Below are positions 38,490 through 48,242 of a stretch of 64,000 nucleotides of DNA, in pieces (the stretch's first letter is position 1; each line of letters starts with the position of its first letter). Position numbers and translations under genes: made by a program. Origin of the DNA: a virus. Location of the stretch: positions 27,613 to 91,612 of the IMG/VR virus record IMGVR_UViG_3300033412_000004; one strand, 5' to 3'. Below the pieces are notes generated by a model, which made no database searches, was not told the DNA's origin, and worked only from the letters and a program-made list of their open reading frames with translations.

Positions 38490-39292
38490 TGGAAGAGAAG
38501 ATCGTCCACTTCGATGATGGCATCGCTGTCCTTGCCGACTCGACGTCGGCCGACACGATGCTTGAAGTGCAACGATTGCTTAGGTTCGGTGATGACTTTA
38601 GGGTTCCACTGATCATTGCAGACCCACCGTACGGTAACATCGTCGATGAGAAGTGGGACAAGGTCAATGACAGCGATGAGCTGTTTTCTGATTGGATGAT
38701 CCGCTGGACTCGTGGGTGGACCGAACACCTGCTGCTGCCCGGCGGCGCGTTCTATGTCTGGGGTGGGGTTGGCAAGCCGGGGTTCAGGCCTTTTCTGCGC
38801 TACCTGTCTGAGGTCGAGCAGGAGGGCAAGTTTGAGCTTGCCAACCTCATCACCTGGTCGAAGAAGCGGGCCTACGGCGTCAAGAACAACTACCTGTGGA
38901 CTCGGGAGGAGTGTGCCTACTTCGTCAATGGCGACGCCAAGAAGCCACTCACTTTCAACATCCCGCTGCTCGACACCAAGCGAGGCTACGCCGGCTACAA
39001 CGCCAAGTACCCGGCGAAGAGTGAGTTCTACCGCCGGACCAACGTGTGGACCGACATCACTGAGATCATGCAAGGCAAGCTGCACCCCACGCAGAAGAAG
39101 CAGCGAGTCGTCGAGATTCCAATCGAAGTTCACACCAATCCAGATGAGTGGGTCATCGACCCATTTGCCGGCGCGGGGACGACGGCATTTGCAGCTCGCA
39201 AGCTAGGTCGCAAATTCATCGTCATCGAAAATGACGAGACGTACTTCAATGACATGGTCGCTAGGTTGAAATCTGGTGCAGAAGGGGAGTAG
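38489..39292 (+). CDS. DNA N6-adenine/N4-cytosine methyltransferase (beta class)
   Basis: DPPY...HPTQK...DPFAGAGTT. Confidence 0.9.
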   Translation: MEEKIVHFDDGIAVLADSTSADTMLEVQRLLRFGDDFRVPLIIADPPYGNIVDEKWDKVNDSDELFSDWMIRWTRGWTEHLLLPGGAFYVWGGVGKPGFRPFLRYLSEVEQEGKFELANLITWSKKRAYGVKNNYLWTREECAYFVNGDAKKPLTFNIPLLDTKRGYAGYNAKYPAKSEFYRRTNVWTDITEIMQGKLHPTQKKQRVVEIPIEVHTNPDEWVIDPFAGAGTTAFAARKLGRKFIVIENDETYFNDMVARLKSGAEGE

Positions 39293-39301
39293 GGTCAAGC
39301 C

Positions 39302-39622
39302 ATGCAAGAGCACAATCACGAGCACGGTGAGCAGGAAGAGAAGGAGAGCCCGGAGCGTCTGAAGTTCCTGATGGAGCACTTCGCACGACTCTATAAGTTT
39401 GCCACGTTCCGCAAGGAGCGCTGTGAGGAGCTGATGCGCCGGAAGTCGGCTCGCAAGTGGTCGCCGGAGAAGACGTCGAAGATGGTCCGCCGCCTGATGG
39501 CAGCGAACAAAGAGGTCGAGCAGTCGGAGAATGCGCTGGATCAGCTGCAACACCGCCTCCAGCAGCTCGGCATCGAGGTCGAGGTCAAGTCGCGGTCCGC
39601 GGGCATCACGACAGCGGCATGA
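39302..39622 (+). CDS. Hypothetical coiled-coil protein
   Basis: 106 aa; promoter immediately upstream. Confidence 0.6.
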   Translation: MQEHNHEHGEQEEKESPERLKFLMEHFARLYKFATFRKERCEELMRRKSARKWSPEKTSKMVRRLMAANKEVEQSENALDQLQHRLQQLGIEVEVKSRSAGITTAA

Positions 39623-39819
39623 GCGCTCAACGCGAGTTCCTGTTGAAGCGAAAGAAAGAGCTTCAGGAACAGATCAAATCCCTCAGAAAGCTCGAGGCTG
39701 AGCTCGAGGAAGTTGAATCGCTCCTGGCGACGCTTGATCAACCCAAACGCGGCGGGTGGGAAGCGCCAGGACATCCACCCGGCTGTCGTTGCTATCCACA
39801 TTGCGATCCGTCGCGGTGA
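39619..39819 (+). CDS. Hypothetical protein
   Basis: ATGA overlap; coiled coil then Cys/His tail. Confidence 0.5.
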   Translation: MSAQREFLLKRKKELQEQIKSLRKLEAELEEVESLLATLDQPKRGGWEAPGHPPGCRCYPHCDPSR

Positions 39820-39833
39820 TGTAGTATCGGTGG

Positions 39834-40613
39834 GTGAACCACGTCTTCAGGGCACAAGCTCTCGACGTGCTGCGTCAACTACCTGACGGAGCCGTCGACC
39901 TCATCTACATCGATCCGCCGTTCGGCACTGAAGCCGAGCAGGTAATGGCCCGCAAGAAGGGCGACGAGACGGTGTCGACAATGTCGTACAGCGATCGCCA
40001 TGACGACTACCTGGCGTTCCTGAAACCTCACCTGAGCGAGGCTAAGCGCCTCCTGAAGGAGACGGGCACGCTGTACCTACACCTCGACTACCGGTGGGTC
40101 CACTACGCCAAGGTGATGTGCGACGACGTCTTCGGCCGTGCCAACTTCCTCAACGAGGTCATCTGGGCCTACGACTTCGGCGGTCGCGGCAAACGCTGCT
40201 GGCCCAAGAAGCACGACAACATCCTCGTCTACAGCCGCGAACCCAGCAACTACGTCTTCAACTGGGACGACATCGATCGCATTCCTTACATGGCACCCGG
40301 CCTGCAGAAGGATGAGGCACGGGCCGAAGAAGGCAAAGTTCCCACTGACGTGTGGTGGATGTCGATCGTCGGCACCTCGGCTAAGGAACGCACCGGTTAC
40401 CCGAACCAGAAGCCCGTCAAGCTGGTGGAGCGCGCCGTCCTCGCCAGCTCACCGCCCGGTGGCCTCGTCATCGACTTCTTCGCCGGGTCAGGCACCACGG
40501 GTGAAGCAGCTCGAAAGCACGGGCGCAAATTCATCCTGATTGACAGCAACCCGCAGGCAATCGAAGTGATGAAGGCCCGCTTGACGGGCGACGACGTCAA
40601 GTGGCACGTGTAA
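39834..40613 (+). CDS. DNA adenine methyltransferase (beta class)
   Basis: IYIDPPF, NEVIW.Y, YPNQKP, DFFAGSGTT. Confidence 0.92.
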   Translation: MNHVFRAQALDVLRQLPDGAVDLIYIDPPFGTEAEQVMARKKGDETVSTMSYSDRHDDYLAFLKPHLSEAKRLLKETGTLYLHLDYRWVHYAKVMCDDVFGRANFLNEVIWAYDFGGRGKRCWPKKHDNILVYSREPSNYVFNWDDIDRIPYMAPGLQKDEARAEEGKVPTDVWWMSIVGTSAKERTGYPNQKPVKLVERAVLASSPPGGLVIDFFAGSGTTGEAARKHGRKFILIDSNPQAIEVMKARLTGDDVKWHV

Positions 40614-40643
40614 AAGGTCGGTCGAACGTCGTACTGTGATGGT

Positions 40644-41537
40644 GTGGACATCACCTTCCTTCGCCGACCGTTCGTCAATGTCGATCCGACGACTCGACTT
40701 CGAAGCATCAAGATCTTCGACCAGGCGACGCACGATGTGTTGAAGCTGGCGTTCAGCCAAGGTGGCTGGGTCGCCGGTGGCTTCGCTCGCATCATCACCA
40801 AGCACCACTTGATGAATGGCGACAGCATGTTCGATGCGTTGGACGGTGATGACGTGGCCGACGATGTCACGAGGCACCTTCAGTGCGACATCCCATGCGA
40901 CACCAAAGACGCAATGGTGAAGTACCGCAAGGGCGACATCGACCTGTTCTTCGACCACCAGCGCCAGCTCGACAACTTCTGGCGAGCGCTGCAGGCGACG
41001 GGCCTCCGGAGCAGCTGCAAGCTGGAAGGGTCGGTGACGGGGGCGGCCACCGAAGTCAGCGTCAACAATCGGACCCGGCTGCAGGTCATCGAACGCTACC
41101 GCGGTCCTATTGAGGACCAGCTCCGCAGCTTCGACATCTTCAACGCCATGTGCGCCTTCAATGACAAGGTGTTGCTGTACCCCGACGGGTGGTCGGCGTT
41201 GGAGGCAGAGAGGATGTTGCACGTCGTCAACTGGACGTCACCTTGGGTCATCAATCGGGTGGCGAAGTGGTGCAACCGCCACGGCTACGATAGGTTGTCT
41301 CCCAAGACGGCGTCCGAGATCGGCGATGTGGCCATTGACCTCATCGAGCGCTTCAAGGAGAAGCCCTACCAGCCTGAATGGGGCGGGATGCCATTGACGC
41401 ACGACAAGATCATCGCTCGAATGAAGCGATTCCTGCCTCAACTCACCAATGACCAGTTGCTGCTGATGACGTCGGTCTATCCGATTGATGCCTATCAGGG
41501 ACCGCTGTATGTCTTGCGGAAACGTGCCGGAATTTGA
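40644..41537 (+). CDS. Nucleotidyltransferase-like protein
   Basis: WVAGGFAR...GDIDLFF...QVI...SFD. Confidence 0.55.
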   Translation: MDITFLRRPFVNVDPTTRLRSIKIFDQATHDVLKLAFSQGGWVAGGFARIITKHHLMNGDSMFDALDGDDVADDVTRHLQCDIPCDTKDAMVKYRKGDIDLFFDHQRQLDNFWRALQATGLRSSCKLEGSVTGAATEVSVNNRTRLQVIERYRGPIEDQLRSFDIFNAMCAFNDKVLLYPDGWSALEAERMLHVVNWTSPWVINRVAKWCNRHGYDRLSPKTASEIGDVAIDLIERFKEKPYQPEWGGMPLTHDKIIARMKRFLPQLTNDQLLLMTSVYPIDAYQGPLYVLRKRAGI

Positions 41538-41589
41538 CCCTTGTGAACAACAATGGTGTCGACCGCCTACCTAATCTTAGGAGGCCCAG

Positions 41590-42231
41590 TTGCGGCAGTT
41601 TCGTCGGCTCCTTGCCTGGTTGTTCATCTCACTATCGCTGACGGGATGCGCCAGCACTCCGAATTGCCCCGCGCCTCGGCTGCCCAACACAGGTCGAATC
41701 GGCGTTGACGTTCACGTCTACATCGACCCATCCTTCACCAAGGATGAACGTGAGCACATCCTCGATGGCATGCTGATGTGGGAGAGGTCGACGAGCGGCC
41801 TCATCACCTGGCACCTCATCGACAGGCCCATCATTGGCATCCCGCCTGTCTACAACGAGGAGGGAGGCACTCAGGTCCGCCTGGTGTCGTTCCAACGGGT
41901 CACCTCAAAGGAGGAGTGGGTCGCCAAGTGGGACGAGGAACACAAGCCGAAGCGCCTGCTCGGGTTGATGGACCCACACCCCAACCAGAAGGTGCCGATG
42001 ACGGCGTGGCTCGTCGAGGACCGGCTGACGACACCGCGAGCCCAGACCATCGTCGCTGCCCACGAGTTCGGCCACGCCCTGGGCCTGGATCACATCAAGG
42101 ATACCCAGTCGGTGATGAGCGAGCTCCACAATGACGCCGTCGACCACCTGACCGGCCACGACCTGTCGGCCTTGTGCGACAAGTACAAGTGTGATGCCGC
42201 GGCCATGTGCAAGGGTCAGGAGACCCACTGA
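41590..42231 (+). CDS. Lipoprotein zinc metallopeptidase (matrixin-like metzincin)
   Basis: Signal peptide with lipobox LTGC; HEFGHALGLDH plus Met-turn SVM. Confidence 0.85.
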   Translation: MRQFRRLLAWLFISLSLTGCASTPNCPAPRLPNTGRIGVDVHVYIDPSFTKDEREHILDGMLMWERSTSGLITWHLIDRPIIGIPPVYNEEGGTQVRLVSFQRVTSKEEWVAKWDEEHKPKRLLGLMDPHPNQKVPMTAWLVEDRLTTPRAQTIVAAHEFGHALGLDHIKDTQSVMSELHNDAVDHLTGHDLSALCDKYKCDAAAMCKGQETH

Positions 42232-42262
42232 AACAATTCGGGCTCACCGGGTAGGGTTGGCC

Positions 42263-42601
42263 ATGGCCGCCCCGATCGAGATTTCTCCTGAGGCCATTCT
42301 GGCCTTCAAGACCCAGTTGGAGAAGAACGCCTTCATCCCTCAGGCGGTGAGGCTCGGCATCCGCGGCGGTGCGTGTTCAGGGTTCGCCTACGTCATTGAG
42401 TTCGCCTACGAAGGGCCTCGACCGCACGACATTGAGTGGCAGGTCGATGGCGTTAACTTTCGTGTCGACAAGAAGAGCGTCCTGTACCTGACCGGCAGTC
42501 AATTGAATTGGAAGAAGACGCTGATGCACCAAGGCTTCGAGTTCGTCAATCCCAACGAGGCCACGCGGTGCGGGTGCGGAAGTTCTTTCAGTCCAAAGTG
42601 A
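42263..42601 (+). CDS. iscA: A-type Fe-S cluster carrier (IscA/HesB)
   Basis: RLGIRGGACSGFAY...NPN...CGCGSSF. Confidence 0.92.
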   Translation: MAAPIEISPEAILAFKTQLEKNAFIPQAVRLGIRGGACSGFAYVIEFAYEGPRPHDIEWQVDGVNFRVDKKSVLYLTGSQLNWKKTLMHQGFEFVNPNEATRCGCGSSFSPK

Positions 42602-42659
42602 TGTAGGATTGCAAACCTTAGCGTCCTAGATATAGGGTGCTAGAGACACGGGTAGAACC

Positions 42660-43181
42660 ATGAAACGGGCATTGCTACTCAACGCAACTTGGGAACCACT
42701 GAACTTCATCAGCGACTTCAGGGCCATCGGCCTGCTGCTGAAGGGCCGTGCAGAGGTCGTCCACATGGACGGCAGGGATTCAGTCTGGGACGAGGCATTC
42801 ACCTATGCCAACGGCAAGATCCATGTTCCGGCCACGTTGCGCCTCGTGAAGCGGATCAACCGCAAGCGGACGCCCATGCGCTTCAAGAAGCGGATCCTGT
42901 TCAACCGGGACGCATGGTCGTGTCAGTACTGCGGCGTCAAGCTCGGCTACGAGACGGTCACCATCGACCACGTCATGCCTTCGTCCAGGGGCGGTGTCAC
43001 CAGCTACCGCAACTGCGTCACGGCGTGCAAGCCGTGCAACAAGCGGAAGGCCAACTACACGCCCGATGAGGCAGGCATGCCGCTGCGCAAGGCTCCGGCC
43101 GATCCCAGCGCGCTGCACTTCTGGGACGTGATGAAGTCAGCTGCGTGGCACGAGCACTGGGACATGTTCATCCCGCGGTGA
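42660..43181 (+). CDS. HNH endonuclease (McrA-like)
   Basis: LLLNA.WEPL, RD..SCQYCG, TIDHV.P.SRGG, N.VTAC..CN..K. Confidence 0.9.
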   Translation: MKRALLLNATWEPLNFISDFRAIGLLLKGRAEVVHMDGRDSVWDEAFTYANGKIHVPATLRLVKRINRKRTPMRFKKRILFNRDAWSCQYCGVKLGYETVTIDHVMPSSRGGVTSYRNCVTACKPCNKRKANYTPDEAGMPLRKAPADPSALHFWDVMKSAAWHEHWDMFIPR

Positions 43182-43194
43182 CTAGTTACCAGTC

Positions 43195-43422
43195 GTGAGG
43201 ATCACTATCGGCGAGCTCCGCCGCCTCATTCGTGAGGTGTCCGAAGACAACGTTTGGGGCGGTTCAAACCCCGAGGAGATGTACGAGGAGGAGCTCGCTG
43301 ATGATCCTGCGCTCAAAAAGAAGAGCGTCTACGTGCCCGATGACATCAAAGACAGCATCGGGCACTGGATGAAGGCTATGGGCCTGTCTCACTCCAAGAA
43401 GAAGCGCTCGCGTTCCGCCTGA
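43195..43422 (+). CDS. Small late protein with LRRLIRE leader
   Basis: MRITIGELRRLIREV; TAGTTA 6 nt upstream. Confidence 0.7.
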   Translation: MRITIGELRRLIREVSEDNVWGGSNPEEMYEEELADDPALKKKSVYVPDDIKDSIGHWMKAMGLSHSKKKRSRSA

Positions 43423-43455
43423 GTATGATACTTACGGAACAGGAGTCTTCTTCAC

Positions 43456-44619
43456 ATGCGTCTGAGGCTACAGGAGCTGCAGAAGGTCGTCAAGAGGGCG
43501 ATCGACGAAGAGAAGGCAACTGAAGTCCTCAGGACCGAAGTTGCCAGAGTGCTTGGGCCGTCCGTCGTGACCGAAGGTAGGGTCGTCGAACAGGTCGCCG
43601 AGGCAGCCAACGAGAGAATCGCCGTCCTTGACAGGACAGGACGTGGAAACCGGATCGACTTCAAACCGTCGACCGTCGTTCCCTTCCTCAACCACAAGAA
43701 TCCCGAGGTTCGCAAATTTGCGGCCCGGGTGTTGCCCGAGAAGTTCGTTGCCCAATTGCGCAACGACCACAGCGCGGCAGTCAGGGCAGTCGTCGCCGCC
43801 AGGTTGCCGCTGCCGCAAGTCCGGGAGATGATGCGTCGTTTCCCGCAGGATGACCAGCTACGGACGGTGTTCCGCAAGCGCCGCCTCGCTGAGGCAGGCA
43901 TCAAGAAGCCTGAGGAACAGCCGCTGGGCCACGATCCCGTCGAGGACGCAGAGCGCCTGGGCGACGCTGTCAAGCAGGCCGATGGCCCCGAGCTGAGCGA
44001 ACAGTGGTACAAGGACAAGGCCGCATGCTTCATGCAGGACTACGGTGGCAACATCGAGTATGCATGGGAAGAGCTGGCGGTGAAGCAGTACGTGATGTCA
44101 GCCCGCCAGACGTCGCTCGTCGAAATCGATGAGGCGAAGCTGCTGAAGGCCATCAAGGAAGCGATCAAGGAGCGTGAGGACCGTGCCATGGAGCGTGATG
44201 CTCTGCGGGAGACGTTGTCCTGGCTCAAGGCCGAAGAGGAAAAGGAACTGCTCGTCGAGCAGACGCTTCCGGTGCTCGATGAAACAGTCGATGAAGTCAG
44301 CGACCTGCTGGCGTCGAACGCCACATCGTCCGAGTACATCGACCGCGCCAACAAGATTTTCACTGTCCGTGAATCGACGCTGCCGGCAGCGATCAAAAAG
44401 CACCGCCTCGGCGAAGAGAACAATCGCCTGGAGCAGGTACCGATGGTGGGCAGACTGCCCCACGCTCGAGGCTTCCGTGCCATCGATGAGCGTGCACTGG
44501 ACCTCTACTGCAAGTACTGGAACGACCGGCAGATGCTGCGCGGCGAACCGTTGAAGCTTGAGTGGTCGTGCCACCCGGACGAGGTCGGCAAGGTCAGCTT
44601 TTCAACCATTCTGAGGTGA
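43456..44619 (+). CDS. Late hypothetical protein with HEAT-like segment
   Basis: MRLRLQELQKVVKRAIDEE; NPEVRKFAARVL / SAAVRAVVAARL; TACTTA at 43429. Confidence 0.7.
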   Translation: MRLRLQELQKVVKRAIDEEKATEVLRTEVARVLGPSVVTEGRVVEQVAEAANERIAVLDRTGRGNRIDFKPSTVVPFLNHKNPEVRKFAARVLPEKFVAQLRNDHSAAVRAVVAARLPLPQVREMMRRFPQDDQLRTVFRKRRLAEAGIKKPEEQPLGHDPVEDAERLGDAVKQADGPELSEQWYKDKAACFMQDYGGNIEYAWEELAVKQYVMSARQTSLVEIDEAKLLKAIKEAIKEREDRAMERDALRETLSWLKAEEEKELLVEQTLPVLDETVDEVSDLLASNATSSEYIDRANKIFTVRESTLPAAIKKHRLGEENNRLEQVPMVGRLPHARGFRAIDERALDLYCKYWNDRQMLRGEPLKLEWSCHPDEVGKVSFSTILR

Positions 44620-44621
44620 AA

Positions 44622-45176
44622 ATGGGCAAGCGGCGCCTGATCGAATCGATGGAGGTGCAGCTGGTGATGGACCACAACGTGGACATCGCCTCTGACAACA
44701 TGCTATCTGAGTGGGGGTCAGTTCCCTACGGTCAGTTGTCATTGCTGTTGGTCCACCTGCGCTTCCTCGCTCACGTCCACCAGACTCACCACTGGACCTG
44801 CAAGGGTGATGCCTTCTTTGGCGACCACCTGATGTTCGAGAAGCTGTACAACCAAACGATCGAGGACATCGACGCAATCGCTGAAAAGGCCGTCGGCCTC
44901 GGTTCCGAGGAAACGGTGGGCCTGCCGCTGCAGGTGAAGCAATTGGCTCGATTGACAGAGCAGTACGGTTCATCGCTGACCATTCCGAGAGCTGGTGAGT
45001 TGGCGAGGCGGTCAATGACGGCAGAGATCAACTTCCTGAAGATCGCGGCCAACATGTCGTGTTCGCTGAAGGAGGCGGGCCTGATGACGCGCGGCCTCGA
45101 CAACCTGTTGGCGGGCATTGAGGACCGTCACGAAGGTCACGTCTACTTCCTCAAGCAGAAGTGCGGTGGACAGTGA
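44622..45176 (+). CDS. Dps/ferritin-like protein
   Basis: QTHHW..KG..FFGDHLMFEKLY....DAIAE. Confidence 0.75.
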   Translation: MGKRRLIESMEVQLVMDHNVDIASDNMLSEWGSVPYGQLSLLLVHLRFLAHVHQTHHWTCKGDAFFGDHLMFEKLYNQTIEDIDAIAEKAVGLGSEETVGLPLQVKQLARLTEQYGSSLTIPRAGELARRSMTAEINFLKIAANMSCSLKEAGLMTRGLDNLLAGIEDRHEGHVYFLKQKCGGQ

Positions 45177-46003
45177 AGCTGACGCTGGGCCAACTACGAA
45201 CCGTTCTTGCCGAAGCTGATCCTCGTGATCCTGAGCTGGCGGCGATTCCGCCCGAGGTCAGGATCCGCTCTGTTTCTCACGGAGCGACGCCTGGCGACAG
45301 GAAGACGAGGACGTGGGTCGGCAACCGCGATCAAGTCAACATCGGTCTCATCATGACCGACATGCCTCGTGAAGACCGGCTTGCGGTCCTCCGCGGTGAC
45401 AAATCGATCGGCGACAAGGCGCTGCAGGTGTTGAAGAAGCGCGGCGCTGTCACGTTGGATAAGCCGCCCGCGGCGCCGAAGGCACCGGCGGGTCCCAAGC
45501 AGCCGCGCTTGACTCGTCAAGGTGCTGAGAACAGGCTGTCGGCTGCCATCAAGAGCTTTGCCAGGAACTGGACGAACTTCACCCAAGAGATGCCGGACGT
45601 GCAGCCTGAGGACGCCGCCTGGGATGCTGCCGGTGGTTTCTTCTACGAGTATCCCGAGTGGGAGAAGTGGGTCCGCGCCATGTGGGACCCGTACGGCTTC
45701 GACAAGCGATTGACGAAGACTGAAGTCCAGGAACGCGTCGCTGACTACGTCCATGACGCAATGATGAAAGGCGCCGAGCGCGCCGCCAAGCAGAAGCCCA
45801 AGGCACCGCCGAAGGAGACCTACAAGGTCTACGGCAAGCTGAAGGGAGCGCCCGCTCACACGCGAGTGAAGGGCAAGGCCTACTTGGCGCCGGCTGACAC
45901 ACAGTTCAAGCCGGGTGAGCCTGCGGTCGCAACGCCGGACGGCGGCAAGTTGTCTGTCAAGAAGAAGGATTCAGACCACACGCAAGTGTGGGAGCCTGAG
46001 TGA
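45173..46003 (+). CDS. Leader-bearing protein with shared C-terminal YKVY domain
   Basis: MKLTLGQLRTVLAE; GTGA overlap. Confidence 0.7.
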   Translation: MKLTLGQLRTVLAEADPRDPELAAIPPEVRIRSVSHGATPGDRKTRTWVGNRDQVNIGLIMTDMPREDRLAVLRGDKSIGDKALQVLKKRGAVTLDKPPAAPKAPAGPKQPRLTRQGAENRLSAAIKSFARNWTNFTQEMPDVQPEDAAWDAAGGFFYEYPEWEKWVRAMWDPYGFDKRLTKTEVQERVADYVHDAMMKGAERAAKQKPKAPPKETYKVYGKLKGAPAHTRVKGKAYLAPADTQFKPGEPAVATPDGGKLSVKKKDSDHTQVWEPE

Positions 46004-46399
46004 TCACTTCTTGGGCTTGATGCCCTTGTTCTTCATGGACCAGGCGACAGCCCAGGGGTTGTCGACGCTCTTGTCCTTTTTGAGGCCCTTGACGACCTTC
46101 TCGTAACCGGGAGGTGCCTTCTCCTCGATGGGGACATCACCTTCGTGTTGAGAGCAGCCTTGATCCATCTGTGTCGGCATCATGCCGCACTGAGCGCAGC
46201 AGCCGTCGCCTTCTTTGACGACGTCGGGGTCGCTCCACTCACGGTCCTTCTTGGGCTCATCGTTCCACAATGCCTTGCCGTCGGGGCCTTCATCAGGGAT
46301 GCCAGCCGTGGACGGCTGCTTACCAATGGGCTCTCCGAAGCGCTCGAGGAGCATTGAGTAGATTTTCAAAGTCGCTTCATCGGTACGGCGCTTCGTCAT
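46004..46399 (-). CDS. Late hypothetical protein
   Basis: TACTTA 5 nt upstream; C-terminal KAPPGYEKVVKGLKK..VDNPWAVAW. Confidence 0.65.
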   Translation of the reverse strand: MTKRRTDEATLKIYSMLLERFGEPIGKQPSTAGIPDEGPDGKALWNDEPKKDREWSDPDVVKEGDGCCAQCGMMPTQMDQGCSQHEGDVPIEEKAPPGYEKVVKGLKKDKSVDNPWAVAWSMKNKGIKPKK

Positions 46400-46450
46400 G
46401 CGAGTAAGTATCTTGTACAGGTGGGCCTGAATTGGCCTACGATCTGCGCC

Positions 46451-46795
46451 ATGAACCGCACACCCAAGCACCAGTTGCTTCAGGAGTTTGCTGAAGCCCT
46501 GATGCGGCGAAACCCGATGAACCTGAAGGAAGGGAATCCCCTCGAATACGAGGACGAAGCCCTATCAATCCTGAGCCGCTTTGCCGAGAGCGCGCTGCAG
46601 CTGGCGGACGATGAAGCCGCGATCGTTGAGGTCGCCAGCAACATCATTCAGCAGGCGTTGGACTTCTGGTTCGATTCCTCGGCTGGCGTCAACGTTGAGG
46701 AGCTGGCGCGGGACCTGCTGGGCATCTACCGCCGCGGGTTCGCCGTGGCTGAAGAAGAAGAGACACCGAAAGTGTCACACGTCACCATCGGATAG
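46451..46795 (+). CDS. Hypothetical protein
   Basis: NPMNL..EYEDEA; promoter upstream. Confidence 0.6.
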   Translation: MNRTPKHQLLQEFAEALMRRNPMNLKEGNPLEYEDEALSILSRFAESALQLADDEAAIVEVASNIIQQALDFWFDSSAGVNVEELARDLLGIYRRGFAVAEEEETPKVSHVTIG

Positions 46796-46807
46796 TAGGG
46801 TTGTCGA

Positions 46808-47782
46808 ATGAAGCGTGTCATCGTCACCGGGGGCGCAGGATTCTTGGGCAGTCACCTATCAATGCACCACCTGGAGCGAGGCGACAAGGTCCTCTGCATT
46901 GACAACTTCTGTTCCGCGTTGGGAACCATCAGCAACCCATCACCTCACTTCAGAGAGTTGCTCAGCTTCGAGAACTTCAGCTACATGCCGTCGGACATCG
47001 CCGGTCCCAACATGCTGCAGGAGCTCAGCGACTGGGAAGGGGACCTCATCTACAACTTCGCCTGTCCAGCCTCACCGCCGCGGTACCAAGCGATGCCGGT
47101 CGAGACGATGTTGACCTGCGTCGTCGGCACCCGCAACATGCTGGAAGTGGCCCGACGGACGGGAGCAGTGTTGGTCCATGCATCGACCAGCGAAGTGTAC
47201 GGCGATCCGGAACACAGCCCACAGGCCGAGAAGTACCGAGGTTGCGTCAACTCATACGGACCGCGGGCATGCTACGACGAAGGCAAGCGTGCCGCCGAGG
47301 CCTTGTGCTACGACTACCTGAACAAGTACGACGTTGATGCGCGGATGGTCCGCATCTTCAACACCTACGGGCCCAACATGGACCCCGATGACGGTCGCGT
47401 CGTCAGCAACTTCATCTGCCAGGCACTGCGTGGTCAGCCCATCACCATCTACGGCAACGGCCAACAGACGCGCAGCTTCTGCTACGTCAGCGACTTGGTA
47501 CGAGGCATCACCAACCTGGGCGAGTACAGCCGCAATCCCCACACTCCCGTCAACATGGGCAACCCCGTCGAGTTCACCATCCGCGAACTGGCGGAGAAAG
47601 TGCAGGACCTGCTCGGCGCCGTTCGCTTCAAGGCGATGCCGCTGCCCATCGATGATCCGCTTCAGCGCCGGCCTGACATCAGCTTGGCGACGGACCTGTT
47701 GGGTTGGGAGCCGAAGGTGCAGCTCGAGGAGGGATTGAGTCACACCATCAGTTACTTCGAGAAGATGGTGAAGAAGAAGTAA
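46808..47782 (+). CDS. UDP-glucuronate decarboxylase (UDP-xylose synthase)
   Basis: GGAGFLG, ACPASP..YQ..PVET, STSEVYGDP, PRACYDEGKR, RIFNTYGP, DGRVVSNF, DDP..R.PDI. Confidence 0.9.
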   Translation: MKRVIVTGGAGFLGSHLSMHHLERGDKVLCIDNFCSALGTISNPSPHFRELLSFENFSYMPSDIAGPNMLQELSDWEGDLIYNFACPASPPRYQAMPVETMLTCVVGTRNMLEVARRTGAVLVHASTSEVYGDPEHSPQAEKYRGCVNSYGPRACYDEGKRAAEALCYDYLNKYDVDARMVRIFNTYGPNMDPDDGRVVSNFICQALRGQPITIYGNGQQTRSFCYVSDLVRGITNLGEYSRNPHTPVNMGNPVEFTIRELAEKVQDLLGAVRFKAMPLPIDDPLQRRPDISLATDLLGWEPKVQLEEGLSHTISYFEKMVKKK

Positions 47783-47803
47783 GGAAGCAAAGCGTGGTGA
47801 GAA

Positions 47804-48145
47804 TCAGTGCGTTGCGATCACCTGTTTGAGGTGGTCCCACGATTCGATGACGATGTACTCTTCTTCGTTGTGATTTTTGGGTGAGTAGGAGAAACTGATT
47901 CCGGCGTCGAAGCAGGAGTTGTCGTTGCCGGACACATCGAGAGTCCAACCGTAGCGAATGTCAGCCCACTTGTCCTTGTAGACCCGTTCGTTGCACACCT
48001 CCTTCGTGGATTGGTCAGACCAAACGTGGTAGACGCCGTCGCCCTCCCACCGTTCGGTGGATTGGATGTTGGTGTGGCCCAGGTTGGTGAGAAAGTTGGT
48101 GATGAGGTTGATGAGGGTTTGGGTGGAGTGGTTGAAATCGCTCAT
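47804..48145 (-). CDS. Hypothetical protein
   Basis: MSDFNHST...; TATCCT 7 nt upstream on minus strand. Confidence 0.55.
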   Translation of the reverse strand: MSDFNHSTQTLINLITNFLTNLGHTNIQSTERWEGDGVYHVWSDQSTKEVCNERVYKDKWADIRYGWTLDVSGNDNSCFDAGISFSYSPKNHNEEEYIVIESWDHLKQVIATH

Positions 48146-48231
48146 GACCATCAGGATACCACAGATCCTGCACACGAGATAGTCCTGTTCGACCCGCACA
48201 CGTGTGGTACCATGTTCCTTCCGGTGCCGCC

Positions 48232-48237
48232 TAGTTA
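48232..48237 (+). promoter_or_regulatory. Example of the putative late promoter TA(C/G/A)TTA
   Basis: TAGTTA 5 nt before ATG; AT-rich motif recurring before leader-bearing genes. Confidence 0.55.
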
Positions 48238-48242
48238 CTGAC

